Part shown: positions 17,289 to 26,581 of the stretch, one piece after another
Layout of the letters: each line of letters opens with the position of its first letter
How positions within the stretch are numbered: position 1 is the first letter of the stretch
Assembly (NCBI GenBank): GCA_964415025.1
Contig: CAYPXF010000004.1
Span: 9,138-73,137, forward strand
Reading direction: 5' to 3'
Length of the DNA stretch: 64,000 bases
Origin: an uncultured Gammaproteobacteria bacterium
GTDB taxonomy: Bacteria; Patescibacteriota; Patescibacteriia; UBA10025; JAHIVO01
Notes under the pieces: generated by a model
Seen by the model: the letters and a program-made list of their open reading frames with translations, nothing else
Database searches by the model: none
What the model was told of the DNA's origin: nothing
Made by a program: the position numbers and the translations under genes

Positions 17289-20200
17289 TTACTCCACCTC
17301 GTCCACATTAATCATCCGTACGTTCGGACCGCCGCCGCTGCGCGGTATAACTAACAACTCGTCAGCGCCGTCACCGTCAATATCCCCACCGCTCAAACGT
17401 AGGCCCCCGGTAAATGAACTGGCATACGTATAAAACCGTTTACTCAATACTTCGCGGATATTATATACCTTGACCATAGACAGGGCATTTTCACCCACAC
17501 CTACCAGCAATTCTTTGACGCCGTTACCGTCCGTATCAACGCCGGCCACAGATACCCCGCCGCGATAGCCGGAGTCAAAAGCATAAAAACCAGGAGAGAG
17601 CCGTTTTAACTCGTTTGGCCTGATCTGAAATATCTGAACATGCGGCGCACCAAACTGCGGCCCGGTGACAATCTCATCGCGGCCGTCGCCGTCCATGTCC
17701 AGCGTGGCCACGTTAATGCCGCCGCGAAAATTAGGGTCATAAGCCATGAAGTTCGTCAAAATCCTACCGTCGACATTATAGACCAACACATGCGGGCCAC
17801 CGCCCTGCATGGCCGCCACGACGATTTCACTAGTCCCATCACCGTCCGTATCACCGCAGGAAAGGTTAACGCCTCCGGTAAACTTCCCGTCCAGTACGGA
17901 AAACCCGTCATTAATAATATTGCCGTGGCCGTCGAATATTTTGACAATCGGCCAGCCGCCCGGACCCTGAGCCGTCACGATTTCTTCATACCCATCCCCA
18001 TCGACGTCGCAGGCAGAAACAGTCACCCCATTCCGCAATACCGAATCATAGGCAAAGAACTGGGCTTGTAACGTACCGCTGCTATCAAACACACGGACTT
18101 GGGGGCCCATACCCGTGTCAGTACCAGCGATAATTTCATCTTCGCCTGTGCCTTTCACGTTACCGGCAGCCACGTGATATCCACCGCGTAAATGTGAAGC
18201 ATAGACAAAGAACGAACTGCCCTGGGCGAGCCGCGGTCCGCTGGCATCAGCGCCCATAATAGTGCTCGCTGTTTTTCCAGAATATTCATAATATATATCA
18301 GGCACATTGCCATTGCTGTCAGTGATAGCCAGCGCCCGCTCCAGGGTAATCATTTGACCGTCAGGCTTAATCACCGTCACATCATACCAGCCTGGACTCA
18401 TTTGTGATAGGGGTAATTGTACTGCTAATGATGAACTAGACTGAACATATGTTTTGAGAGCTTCATAATTACCCACATACGCTACCACACCGTGGGCAAA
18501 GTTAGCCCCTTCCACTTTTACGAGCAATCCGTCGCCCTTGTCCCAGGCCGGATTGACCTGTCCTGGTGAGACACTGGAGACTTGTGGCGCCGGTTCAGTA
18601 TAGGGCGCTGATCCGGTTACATTTACAGAGCGGATAACATCATTCCATGAATCAGCGACATACAGCACATTGCTACCCACGGCCATGCCTTTGGGATTGT
18701 TAAACTGGGCAGTGGCTTTAGCGCCATTGATATACCCACGCGTACCCGAGCCTGCCACCAGCTTAGTCAGGCCAGTATCGGCTTCTACTAAACGTATGCG
18801 CTGTGAACCGGTTTCAGAAAAGAAAATATTGCCGCTCCCGTCCATGGTGACATATTCTGGATAGGACAAACGGGCCGCTGTACCAATTGCCTCCAAATAT
18901 CCTGAACTGCCATTGCCCACTAAGGTGGTAACCACGTTTGTGCTTAAATTAATCTTGCGGATAGCATGGTTATTTGAATCAGCTACATACAAATTGCTGC
19001 CCGATGGATCAATAGCAACCCCCCAGGGGCGGTTAAATTTAGTGGCAGAACCAGTGCCGTCGGCAAACCCGGCACTGGAACCGGCCACCAGCCATGTCTG
19101 GCCGTCAGAAATCCTCACCTTGCGGATGCGGTTATTACCCGTATCGGCTACGTAAAGATAGGTATCGGTCGGATCGATAGCAATGCCGGCCGGCGCGCGA
19201 AAATATGCGCAGCCGCTCACGCCCGTTGTCCGTACATCTTCAGAACAGCGGTCGCCCTCGGCATAGCCATTATTGTCATCACCGCGGGTATTGATCAGCC
19301 CGGCACCAGAGACCAAAAATGAGCTGACCGGATCAGCCTGCAGATTGATACCGCGGATGCGGTTATTCCATCGGTCAACGACGTATAATCGGGTCCCTGT
19401 CGAATTGACTGTCAAACTTTGGATAGTTGAAAAACGGACCGGCAGTGCGTCTTCGTCAGTCCCCTCTCCGCGGTAATTATCCACGCTTGAACCAATCACA
19501 TGGCTGACCGTGTCTGTAGTTAAATTTATTTTCCTAATTTTATTATTATCAGCCACGTACATAGTATTACCGTCGCTGGTAATGACTGTACCGTACGGCC
19601 GACCAAACAACGCCTCATCTACTGATCCATTTTTATTACCAAACCGCTCTGCTCCGGCAAATAAAGCGTTATCGTCACCGTCATTAACATTGAATTTGTG
19701 GATCGTGCCCAGGCCGGCATTGACTGCATAAACATAGCCGCCAGTAACCACGAGTCCAGAGGGGTATATGAGCTCGTTTTGACGTGTATCCTGATAAATA
19801 AGTGAAGTTCTTTTTGTAGAAAGGTTTATTTTACGGATACGGTCAACTGTCCAGTTATCATGGTCTGATACATACAAATATCCGCCTGACAGCGCCATAC
19901 CCCACACGTTTTCAAACTGTGCTGTCGTATATGTCCCCTCGACATATCCAGAAGTACCGGATCCGGCGATAACGCTGACGGCACCACTGGAAGTATTAAC
20001 CGCTACCACACGGTGGTTGCCGTTATCTGCGACGTACAGCGTCGAACCATCGTCTGAAACAGCCATATAGCGCGGATCAGACACACCTGACGTCAGCGTA
20101 GTGACTGTACCGCCGCTAGTAGAAACCTTTTTGATAGCATTATTCCCCGAATCGGCAATATATACTGTCGACCCATACGGCGTAACGCCGTGTGGATCTG

Positions 20201-20639
20201 ACAAACCAGTAGCAATGGTGCTCACACTGCCGCTCTTTATTTTTTTAACCTTTCCGTTAGCGCTGTCAGCTACGTAGACAGAGCCATCAGATCCCCAGGC
20301 CACCCCCTGCGGTAGAGCAAATTGGGCCGCGCTCGCGGCACTGCCTGTGGCATCACCGTAGCTGCCCGTACCGGCCAGTGTACTGACCGTACCACCTGAA
20401 GAAATTTTTCTGACAACATTATTATATGTATCTGCCACATAAAAATTACCGCTCGTGTCCCGGGCAATATCCTGCGGAAAATCAAAATATGCGTTCAAAC
20501 GGCTGACCCCATCTCCGCCGTATATGCTCCCGGCATAGGTCGTCACATCACCATATGCGGCGTCACTCTGGAAAGGCATACCCAAAAACGCACTGGTAAT
20601 TATTACCAGGCCAATAAAACTATGAGTGAATTTCCTCAT
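17289..20639 (-). CDS. Large secreted beta-propeller protein with N-terminal NHL repeats and C-terminal FG-GAP/VCBS-like repeats
   Basis: It has a signal peptide. NHL-like segments occur repeatedly (YVADTYNNVVRKI, YVADSANGKVKKI, YIADSGNNAIKKV, YVADNGNHRVVAV and others). C-terminal Ca-binding FG-GAP motifs are present (DVDGDGYEEIV, DTDGDGTSEIVV, DMDGDGRDEIVTG, DTDGNGVKELLVG, DIDGDGADELLVI). Confidence 0.65.
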   Translation of the reverse strand: MRKFTHSFIGLVIITSAFLGMPFQSDAAYGDVTTYAGSIYGGDGVSRLNAYFDFPQDIARDTSGNFYVADTYNNVVRKISSGGTVSTLAGTGSYGDATGSAASAAQFALPQGVAWGSDGSVYVADSANGKVKKIKSGSVSTIATGLSDPHGVTPYGSTVYIADSGNNAIKKVSTSGGTVTTLTSGVSDPRYMAVSDDGSTLYVADNGNHRVVAVNTSSGAVSVIAGSGTSGYVEGTYTTAQFENVWGMALSGGYLYVSDHDNWTVDRIRKINLSTKRTSLIYQDTRQNELIYPSGLVVTGGYVYAVNAGLGTIHKFNVNDGDDNALFAGAERFGNKNGSVDEALFGRPYGTVITSDGNTMYVADNNKIRKINLTTDTVSHVIGSSVDNYRGEGTDEDALPVRFSTIQSLTVNSTGTRLYVVDRWNNRIRGINLQADPVSSFLVSGAGLINTRGDDNNGYAEGDRCSEDVRTTGVSGCAYFRAPAGIAIDPTDTYLYVADTGNNRIRKVRISDGQTWLVAGSSAGFADGTGSATKFNRPWGVAIDPSGSNLYVADSNNHAIRKINLSTNVVTTLVGNGSSGYLEAIGTAARLSYPEYVTMDGSGNIFFSETGSQRIRLVEADTGLTKLVAGSGTRGYINGAKATAQFNNPKGMAVGSNVLYVADSWNDVIRSVNVTGSAPYTEPAPQVSSVSPGQVNPAWDKGDGLLVKVEGANFAHGVVAYVGNYEALKTYVQSSSSLAVQLPLSQMSPGWYDVTVIKPDGQMITLERALAITDSNGNVPDIYYEYSGKTASTIMGADASGPRLAQGSSFFVYASHLRGGYHVAAGNVKGTGEDEIIAGTDTGMGPQVRVFDSSGTLQAQFFAYDSVLRNGVTVSACDVDGDGYEEIVTAQGPGGWPIVKIFDGHGNIINDGFSVLDGKFTGGVNLSCGDTDGDGTSEIVVAAMQGGGPHVLVYNVDGRILTNFMAYDPNFRGGINVATLDMDGDGRDEIVTGPQFGAPHVQIFQIRPNELKRLSPGFYAFDSGYRGGVSVAGVDTDGNGVKELLVGVGENALSMVKVYNIREVLSKRFYTYASSFTGGLRLSGGDIDGDGADELLVIPRSGGGPNVRMINVDEVE

Positions 20640-20717
20640 ATATTTGATAATTAGTTTTTAATTTTATTTTTATTTTACCCTACCAGTATAGCATAATCAT
20701 AACATTTTTTCAAGGGA

Positions 20718-20748
20718 TAAAAAAAGGGTGATACGTATGTATCACCCT
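20718..20748 (-). terminator. Strong intrinsic terminator (GGGTGATAC-GTAT-GTATCACCC followed by T7 on the minus strand)
   Basis: A perfect 9-bp stem is followed by TTTTTTTAT in the minus sense, 13 nt after the stop of the 20761..22311 gene. Confidence 0.55.
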
Positions 20749-20760
20749 GAATAAAAAGAA

Positions 20761-22311
20761 CTATATACCTTCGTGTGCAAACGTCTTTCGGGGAAGATAA
20801 ATTTCACCCTCGAACGCATGGTCCCACATATCCCTGACTACCACTTCGAATGCACGGGTGTCAGGATCTAGCGGCGGAAAAATGAGCGTTGCGCGCACCG
20901 TTTCCCCTTGCCGGAGCGGTACGCTGTTATGGAATACGGGCGTATCCTCTACTGCTACCAGTGATAGACGCTGTTTCTGGTGAAACAGATAACTGCCACT
21001 GTGTACACTGGCGCATTCTTTATCTGCAGACCGAGGATTAGACCAGACCACACCCACTTTTGTATCGTATGGAGTGATCTCAACATACTCTGCCCGCAGA
21101 GTAAAGAAAGCCTGTGGATAGCTGTCGACCTTGAAGTCTTCATTAATCGCATAGCGAAGTGTATCATTACTAAGACCGGAAACCGGTATAGTACTAGAGT
21201 CACTTGCTAAAGGATTTTGCTGTTGAACTGACGAAGATACTATCGTTTCAGGCAAACGTACCTGCTGAAGAAACGCTGATCTCTGCTTAATCGTCGCTGG
21301 TGGCGGCCCCTGGCTTTTGAGCCACTGCTGATATTGGTTACCATCTGCGCTGTCAACATCAAAATCGCCATTATAGTCTCCCTTCGGTATGTTCATACCG
21401 TCAATTACTTCATAGCGAATCAATGTTGAGTCAGTAGCTGACTGAAACACCAGCCGAACATCAATTCCATCAGTCAGTTCGTCCCCATTTATATCAACAA
21501 TCTGCTGATGAATGGGCAACGAAGAATCATGGAACCAGGTGACGGCACGATTAATCCCATGATGCATAAGGTCAACTCCTGTCAGGAGAGCTATAAAAAA
21601 GTTAGCCCCGAGAAGTAATGCCCAGCAAGCTACAGCTATCCTGATTTTCGTGCGGAAGAACTTATGGAGCGCAATCAATCCGATTTCAGCAGCTAGCATC
21701 CCCACAAACATTTCCAATTTATGGTCAGATAAAGCTGGCTTGAATTCTAACAGGGTGGCCAGGAGTACCATGTTCCAGAAAATTATCTGGCCGGCCAACT
21801 GACCAGTGCCCTTAAGAATTGCGCCCACATCTTCCTTAGCCGCACCGAAACTGCCCCATAAACGGATTACCATAACAGCCAATAAAATAAGATAGGTCAA
21901 AACAGCGGTAACCGTTCCCCAAAGCAACATGAGCGTGAATCCGTCACCTACTAATAGGTAGCCAATCAGCGATGCAGTAGCTGCTACTGTCATTGTAGCT
22001 AACGGCACCCAGACTATTCCGAGAACGATCCATACCACATCAATAAGTGACTTTGCTTCTGTTTCTACCTTTTCCTTAAGCTGGTGGACTGATTTCACAT
22101 TGAATGACCAGAGCACTACCAGACCGAAAATTGGCAGTGAAATCGAGTTGAAAAACCGTGCCCACCCCTTTGTTTCGTTAGTTGTATCGCTTTCTTTAAG
22201 ATCGGCCGTTTTGGTTTCATTGCCGGTCTTTTTTTCTTCATCCGCTAACACAGTGGGCTCTTCCTGCTCCGTCTGCGGAGCTGTTGTTTTATTAGTCTGT
22301 TCTTCAGACAT
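20761..22311 (-). CDS. Hypothetical polytopic membrane protein (516 aa) with an acidic N-terminus, about 7 TM helices and a C-terminal beta-rich domain
   Basis: Its ATG overlaps the stop of the upstream gene (ATGTCTGA), and an AAGGAGGTG RBS precedes it. No family was recognised. Confidence 0.55.
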   Translation of the reverse strand: MSEEQTNKTTAPQTEQEEPTVLADEEKKTGNETKTADLKESDTTNETKGWARFFNSISLPIFGLVVLWSFNVKSVHQLKEKVETEAKSLIDVVWIVLGIVWVPLATMTVAATASLIGYLLVGDGFTLMLLWGTVTAVLTYLILLAVMVIRLWGSFGAAKEDVGAILKGTGQLAGQIIFWNMVLLATLLEFKPALSDHKLEMFVGMLAAEIGLIALHKFFRTKIRIAVACWALLLGANFFIALLTGVDLMHHGINRAVTWFHDSSLPIHQQIVDINGDELTDGIDVRLVFQSATDSTLIRYEVIDGMNIPKGDYNGDFDVDSADGNQYQQWLKSQGPPPATIKQRSAFLQQVRLPETIVSSSVQQQNPLASDSSTIPVSGLSNDTLRYAINEDFKVDSYPQAFFTLRAEYVEITPYDTKVGVVWSNPRSADKECASVHSGSYLFHQKQRLSLVAVEDTPVFHNSVPLRQGETVRATLIFPPLDPDTRAFEVVVRDMWDHAFEGEIYLPRKTFAHEGI

Positions 22312-23134
22312 GAGTTACACCTCCTTCATCCGGATACAGGCTTTTCTGCGCCCGGTCATGCATAATCCGACGCAGATAATAAATGATAGCAACAAATACA
22401 ACGGGCGCAATGAAACCAACTATTCCTCCGGACCGGCCGTACGCCTTATACGCGGTTCCGCCCAGTAGTATCATTGGGATAAGCATAAGCATAGCTAGTC
22501 CCAGGTACTTAAACGTCCACCAATTCCCGGTTGTCGCGACATGGCGCTTCTGTGCGGCGGTAATACTTTCAGCCAACGGCTGGCATTCCCACTGCTGTAT
22601 CACCCTAGTCAACGAGGGAACTTTTTGCGTGATGAAAGCAACTAACTGCGCCTGTTTAGTCAAACGATTGTCACCCTCGAGATGAAAAACTTCATTGAAA
22701 TACAGCAATACATCTGCAGAACGGCGATTGGCTATACGAAGTAATTCGAGGTAAAAGTGCTCTAGCTTTTCTTCGATTTCCTCTTTAACCGCCAAAAAAC
22801 CGTCACGACCCCTATCCAGAAAAAGATGCGCGTGCATGGTCACCTTTTCGATGATTTCTATGCGCTGTTCATGATTCAATTCCTTCAGTTTCGGATCATC
22901 ATTTAGCAATTGACCAATGTCTTTGATGGCTATGTGGCCAGTAGCGATCGTCATTAGCCACCCGAGAAAAATTTCACCGATATTCCTTTTGAGCATAAAT
23001 TCCCGAAAAGCCTGGCCACCTCCCTCGAGAGCACCAGAGACAGAATCTCCAGCTATATCGGATAACGTCGGTTTTTCTGCCTCTGTTTTCCGCTGGGTTT
23101 TTTTCTCTTCTTTCTCTACTACTTTATCTACCAT
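22304..23134 (-). CDS. Hypothetical protein with a cytoplasmic domain and two C-terminal TM helices. The likely start is the ATG at 23134; the ORF track gives 23164.
   Basis: An AGGAG sits 8 nt before the ATG at 23134, which lies 1 nt after the upstream TAA stop. The alternative start at 23164 has no RBS and would overlap by 29 nt. Confidence 0.5.
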   Translation of the reverse strand: MVDKVVEKEEKKTQRKTEAEKPTLSDIAGDSVSGALEGGGQAFREFMLKRNIGEIFLGWLMTIATGHIAIKDIGQLLNDDPKLKELNHEQRIEIIEKVTMHAHLFLDRGRDGFLAVKEEIEEKLEHFYLELLRIANRRSADVLLYFNEVFHLEGDNRLTKQAQLVAFITQKVPSLTRVIQQWECQPLAESITAAQKRHVATTGNWWTFKYLGLAMLMLIPMILLGGTAYKAYGRSGGIVGFIAPVVFVAIIYYLRRIMHDRAQKSLYPDEGGVTHV

Positions 23135-23135
23135 T

Positions 23136-24209
23136 TTATTTACTCCTATCTGATACACGGGCATACCGAGACGCTATCACAATTTTTGCGATAGTATCTC
23201 GCCTCTGATTACGTCTTTGATGGTGTTCCGAATTTCTCTTTTCCGCTTGCCTTCGCCGGTCACGAGCAGCGAGAATCATATCTTCGCTCACTGGTGTCCG
23301 CTTTCTCGGTTTGATATGACGTACGAGCGATACACTGAATGTCCGCCACGGGTTTTCGTCAATATTAAACCAATTGCGAATTTCATCTTCGTCTAGGTCC
23401 GCCACACTGCGAATTATTTTTTCCGCATCACGCAGTGCTTCATTACTACCATCACGGTAGAGGGCGGATAGCTTTCGATTAAATCGAGCTTCATCCGCTT
23501 CATTAGTTTCGAATACAGCGCCACCCATGGCATGGACAAGCTTGTCCAATATATCGATCGGCATACGGGCCTGCAGTACGAGTGCACGCTCTTCTATGCT
23601 AAGCTCATACGTGGGTTTAGCACGTAATAAATCAGCGCCTAACCGCTGGACAATGTCCGCATCATCACCTTCCGACTTAAGATCAGAGGCAAGATTTTGC
23701 AGTTCATTCTTTTTCCAGCGGGACAATACATCATTGACCGTATAGGCAAGCATGGTGCCCGAAATATTATCAAGCTCTGTGTGTAACACACGCCGCAAGT
23801 CAGGATCTCCTAAACCAGAAATATTCTGTCTCACGCGGGAGGCCAGAATATCACTCAACCCTGACTGTTCTTTGGTTGATTTTGGAGACATAGTGGCCTC
23901 TCCTTTTGTTTTGGATTCAGAATCTGGCGTAATTGTACCTACCTCTCGGAGCACATCCTCAATAATCGGCTGTATCGCCGAACTAATAAATGGGCGCCTG
24001 TGGCCAAGGCGGTCTGCCCACTCTCTTATTGCGTTTCTGATGGCTTTGCCGCCAAATTCAGGAAGCTCCTTCAGCAAGCCTTGTACTTCGCTTATTACCT
24101 GCTTTGTACCTTTATGCTTCTTGAGTTCCCTCACAATACGGTCACCGGCCATATCGAGTACGGTTCTGATCGATATACCCTTCGCATATTTAATTGTAGT
24201 ACGCGGCAT
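23136..24209 (-). CDS. Hypothetical cytoplasmic protein (357 aa) with an Arg/Lys-rich C-terminal tail
   Basis: A strong RBS (GGGAGGAGG) precedes it. It is the first gene of a three-gene coupled operon. No motif was recognised. Confidence 0.55.
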   Translation of the reverse strand: MPRTTIKYAKGISIRTVLDMAGDRIVRELKKHKGTKQVISEVQGLLKELPEFGGKAIRNAIREWADRLGHRRPFISSAIQPIIEDVLREVGTITPDSESKTKGEATMSPKSTKEQSGLSDILASRVRQNISGLGDPDLRRVLHTELDNISGTMLAYTVNDVLSRWKKNELQNLASDLKSEGDDADIVQRLGADLLRAKPTYELSIEERALVLQARMPIDILDKLVHAMGGAVFETNEADEARFNRKLSALYRDGSNEALRDAEKIIRSVADLDEDEIRNWFNIDENPWRTFSVSLVRHIKPRKRTPVSEDMILAARDRRRQAEKRNSEHHQRRNQRRDTIAKIVIASRYARVSDRSK

Positions 24210-24432
24210 CGATTCTTACCTCCTCCCGACCGTTATACCATGAATTTTGTATACTCACCCCTCCTCTTCTTTGGGGATTCAAAAATGAATGTTCGTATTT
24301 AACGTGCTGATACAAATCAACACTCGACGGATAACAATCCGCTTTCTGGTGCATAAGCACATCCTTTCTTCACCCCGGTAAGAACCTAGGGGGATGAGTT
24401 ATATATATTTAATTTTCAATGTTCTGACTGAC

Positions 24433-24466
24433 CTGTGATAAATACATTCTATGCATTGTATCACAG
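24433..24466. promoter_or_regulatory. Candidate operator: 8-bp inverted repeat CTGTGATA-N18-TATCACAG upstream of the three-gene operon
   Basis: A perfect inverted repeat with an 18-nt spacer lies in the 358-nt upstream region of the 24209 operon. Confidence 0.3.
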
Positions 24467-24515
24467 CTCTTCACCTTACTATAAAAGCATTGTTTTGTCA
24501 AGGGTAGTGCTGTGT

Positions 24516-24547
24516 ATAAAAAAAGCACCAACTTTTTGTTGGTGCTT
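24516..24547 (-). terminator. Intrinsic terminator (AGCACCAAC-loop-GTTGGTGCT followed by T7 on the minus strand) after the SPFH operon
   Basis: A perfect 9-bp stem is followed by TTTTTTTAT in the minus sense, 20 nt after the stop of the 24568 gene. Confidence 0.5.
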
Positions 24548-24567
24548 AGTAAGGTACGAAAAAAACT

Positions 24568-24768
24568 TTAGTCTGAATCCTCATGAGGTGCTTTTGCTCC
24601 CGACATGAGAAAAGTAAACACACCCGCCAGTACAGCGATGATTGCCCCTAATATTATTGAAGCGGGTTCATCCACTGGCAACGAATCAAGAACACGGAGT
24701 AATAACATCAAAGCAAGTATCCCCCAGAAGATTGAGGCAAAAACAAGATACATTTTCTCTTTCATCAT
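24568..24768 (-). CDS. Small two-TM membrane protein (66 aa) downstream of the SPFH gene
   Basis: It has two hydrophobic helices, starts 10 nt after the SPFH stop and is followed by a terminator. Confidence 0.45.
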   Translation of the reverse strand: MMKEKMYLVFASIFWGILALMLLLRVLDSLPVDEPASIILGAIIAVLAGVFTFLMSGAKAPHEDSD

Positions 24769-24777
24769 TCACCTCTC

Positions 24778-25860
24778 TTACAAAAGAACCAGCCCGGATT
24801 CTTTCTGCGGCACTGTCTCACTTAATTCGCCGGCAACTTTAGCTGACAGCATCTGTGAAAGACCGCCAAGTATACCTTTTTTTTCTGAAGCACTATGAAT
24901 TGCTTCAGCCAGACGTAGCATGATTGCCTGTTTCGATACCCCACTGGCATCTAATTCTTCTGAAACAGTCTTGATTGTACTATACATTATTCGGACTGCT
25001 TCAGCCTGAATTTCGGCAATGCGGCGCTGTTCCATTACATGTGCACTGGCGGTGTGCAGGTCAGTGTCGCGAAGCGTGAATTCATAGACTGCAAGACCGC
25101 TCTCTAGGGCACGTTGTTGTAGTTTTGGCAATACTTCCAGCTGTATACTCGCTTTGGCATTCTCCGGTAGTAAGGCCATGTCTTGCGACATTCTCTCGGG
25201 ATGAAAAATATCCTTGAATTCCCGATTATTAATAGCCTCACGCGTCAATTCTGAAGCGTGTGATTCCAGGATACCGACTGATTCATCCTTACTATTCATG
25301 CTGATAAAATTGTACAAACCAACAGCGTTACTCCTTCCCGTAAAAAAACAAATAAAGGCACGGAATAGATTCTTCCAGATAGTATCTGCCGTGACCGTAG
25401 CAACACCAAGGGTAAGCACAATGTCATAGATGATATGCCAATCGCCCTTTGAATAGGTGTCTTCCTCGGGAATATCCAGCTTGGTACGATGAATATCAAC
25501 CAATTGGAGTCGTCCACCCAAAAACCAGGGAATCCATACAATCCCTTCACAGAACCCAATCTTTGTCCGGTAGCTACCGAACAAAAGCAGCAGTCCATTA
25601 TGGACAGTCGGCACTATCCGGATGCCCCAGATAACTATATTAAGTATGATAATAGTACCGGTAAATATCGCATTGTGGATCATGATATGTACGATCAGGG
25701 CTGTGACAAAAGTCACTGCATAGCCAAACAAAATACTGCTCGGCATTTTTATTGATCGCCACATACGTGACAATCTACCTGGCTGTTGAGGCCGTGCTTC
25801 CGTATTCGGAGGCGCTACCTGTTCTGTCGTTGCTACAGATTGAGTATTCTGATTGCTCAT
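24778..25860 (-). CDS. SPFH / band-7 (stomatin-like) membrane protein
   Basis: After N-terminal hydrophobic helices the SPFH core aligns with stomatin (VPTVHNGLLLLFGSYR..GIVWIPWFLGGRLQLVDIHRTKLDIPEEDTYSKGDWHIIYDIVL). A C-terminal coiled-coil Ala/Glu-rich region follows. An AAGGAGG RBS precedes it. Confidence 0.65.
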   Translation of the reverse strand: MSNQNTQSVATTEQVAPPNTEARPQQPGRLSRMWRSIKMPSSILFGYAVTFVTALIVHIMIHNAIFTGTIIILNIVIWGIRIVPTVHNGLLLLFGSYRTKIGFCEGIVWIPWFLGGRLQLVDIHRTKLDIPEEDTYSKGDWHIIYDIVLTLGVATVTADTIWKNLFRAFICFFTGRSNAVGLYNFISMNSKDESVGILESHASELTREAINNREFKDIFHPERMSQDMALLPENAKASIQLEVLPKLQQRALESGLAVYEFTLRDTDLHTASAHVMEQRRIAEIQAEAVRIMYSTIKTVSEELDASGVSKQAIMLRLAEAIHSASEKKGILGGLSQMLSAKVAGELSETVPQKESGLVLL

Positions 25861-25954
25861 GCAATCCTCCTTGATCTATGAGTTTTATTTTGTTTTCAAT
25901 TGTCAAAAAAGCATCTCCCGAGTGTACCAAGAACCATCACGTTTGTCAATATGC

Positions 25955-26515
25955 CTATAGAACATTGCTACGCCGTGTATAATCACGGATTTGATACTCA
26001 TAAAAACAAGAATAAACCCATTTCTCGCCCTTACACCGCAGCCAATACCGATAGCTCGAAAAGGGATAGGCTGCCATATCATTAACATAATTATGCTTGA
26101 TTGGATTATGATGGATGTAGTTGAAATGAATCCAGAAATCACGGTCGTTACGGATGCAGTGATCCTGATATTGATACCAAATTCTTCTACCTATTACCTT
26201 GTCAGCTTTGTTCTGCAGACGTGAAGCATTGCCGTGAAAATTTTGAATAAACCGAGGTAATGATGGACCGTCTACTACTCTTACTAAAAGGTGATAATGA
26301 TTATCCAGTACAACCCATGCATATACTCCTATATTAAACTTACTACACGACTGCTTAAGCACCTGGAATACCCGTAATTTATCAGCATCATATTTAAAAA
26401 AATTTTTCATATCAAAAGTCTTTGTCGTTATAAAATAAATCCAATCATCAAGCAACAAATGAGGCGGCCTATGGATGTTTTGATATTTTGGATAATACAT
26501 AGTTTCTTTAAACAA
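25955..26515 (-). CDS. IS200/IS605-family Y1 HUH tyrosine transposase-like protein (RAYT-like), intact
   Basis: The HUH motif (VLDNHYHLLV) and the catalytic-Tyr motif (NYIHHNPIKHNYV) about 65 aa downstream are both present. The protein is 186 aa long. Confidence 0.6.
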   Translation of the reverse strand: MFKETMYYPKYQNIHRPPHLLLDDWIYFITTKTFDMKNFFKYDADKLRVFQVLKQSCSKFNIGVYAWVVLDNHYHLLVRVVDGPSLPRFIQNFHGNASRLQNKADKVIGRRIWYQYQDHCIRNDRDFWIHFNYIHHNPIKHNYVNDMAAYPFSSYRYWLRCKGEKWVYSCFYEYQIRDYTRRSNVL

Positions 26516-26581
26516 GGTTGTACAGGCGAAAGCCTGTTATAGAATTATTCGTAACACACTTTCGTGTGTACGACCTGATTG

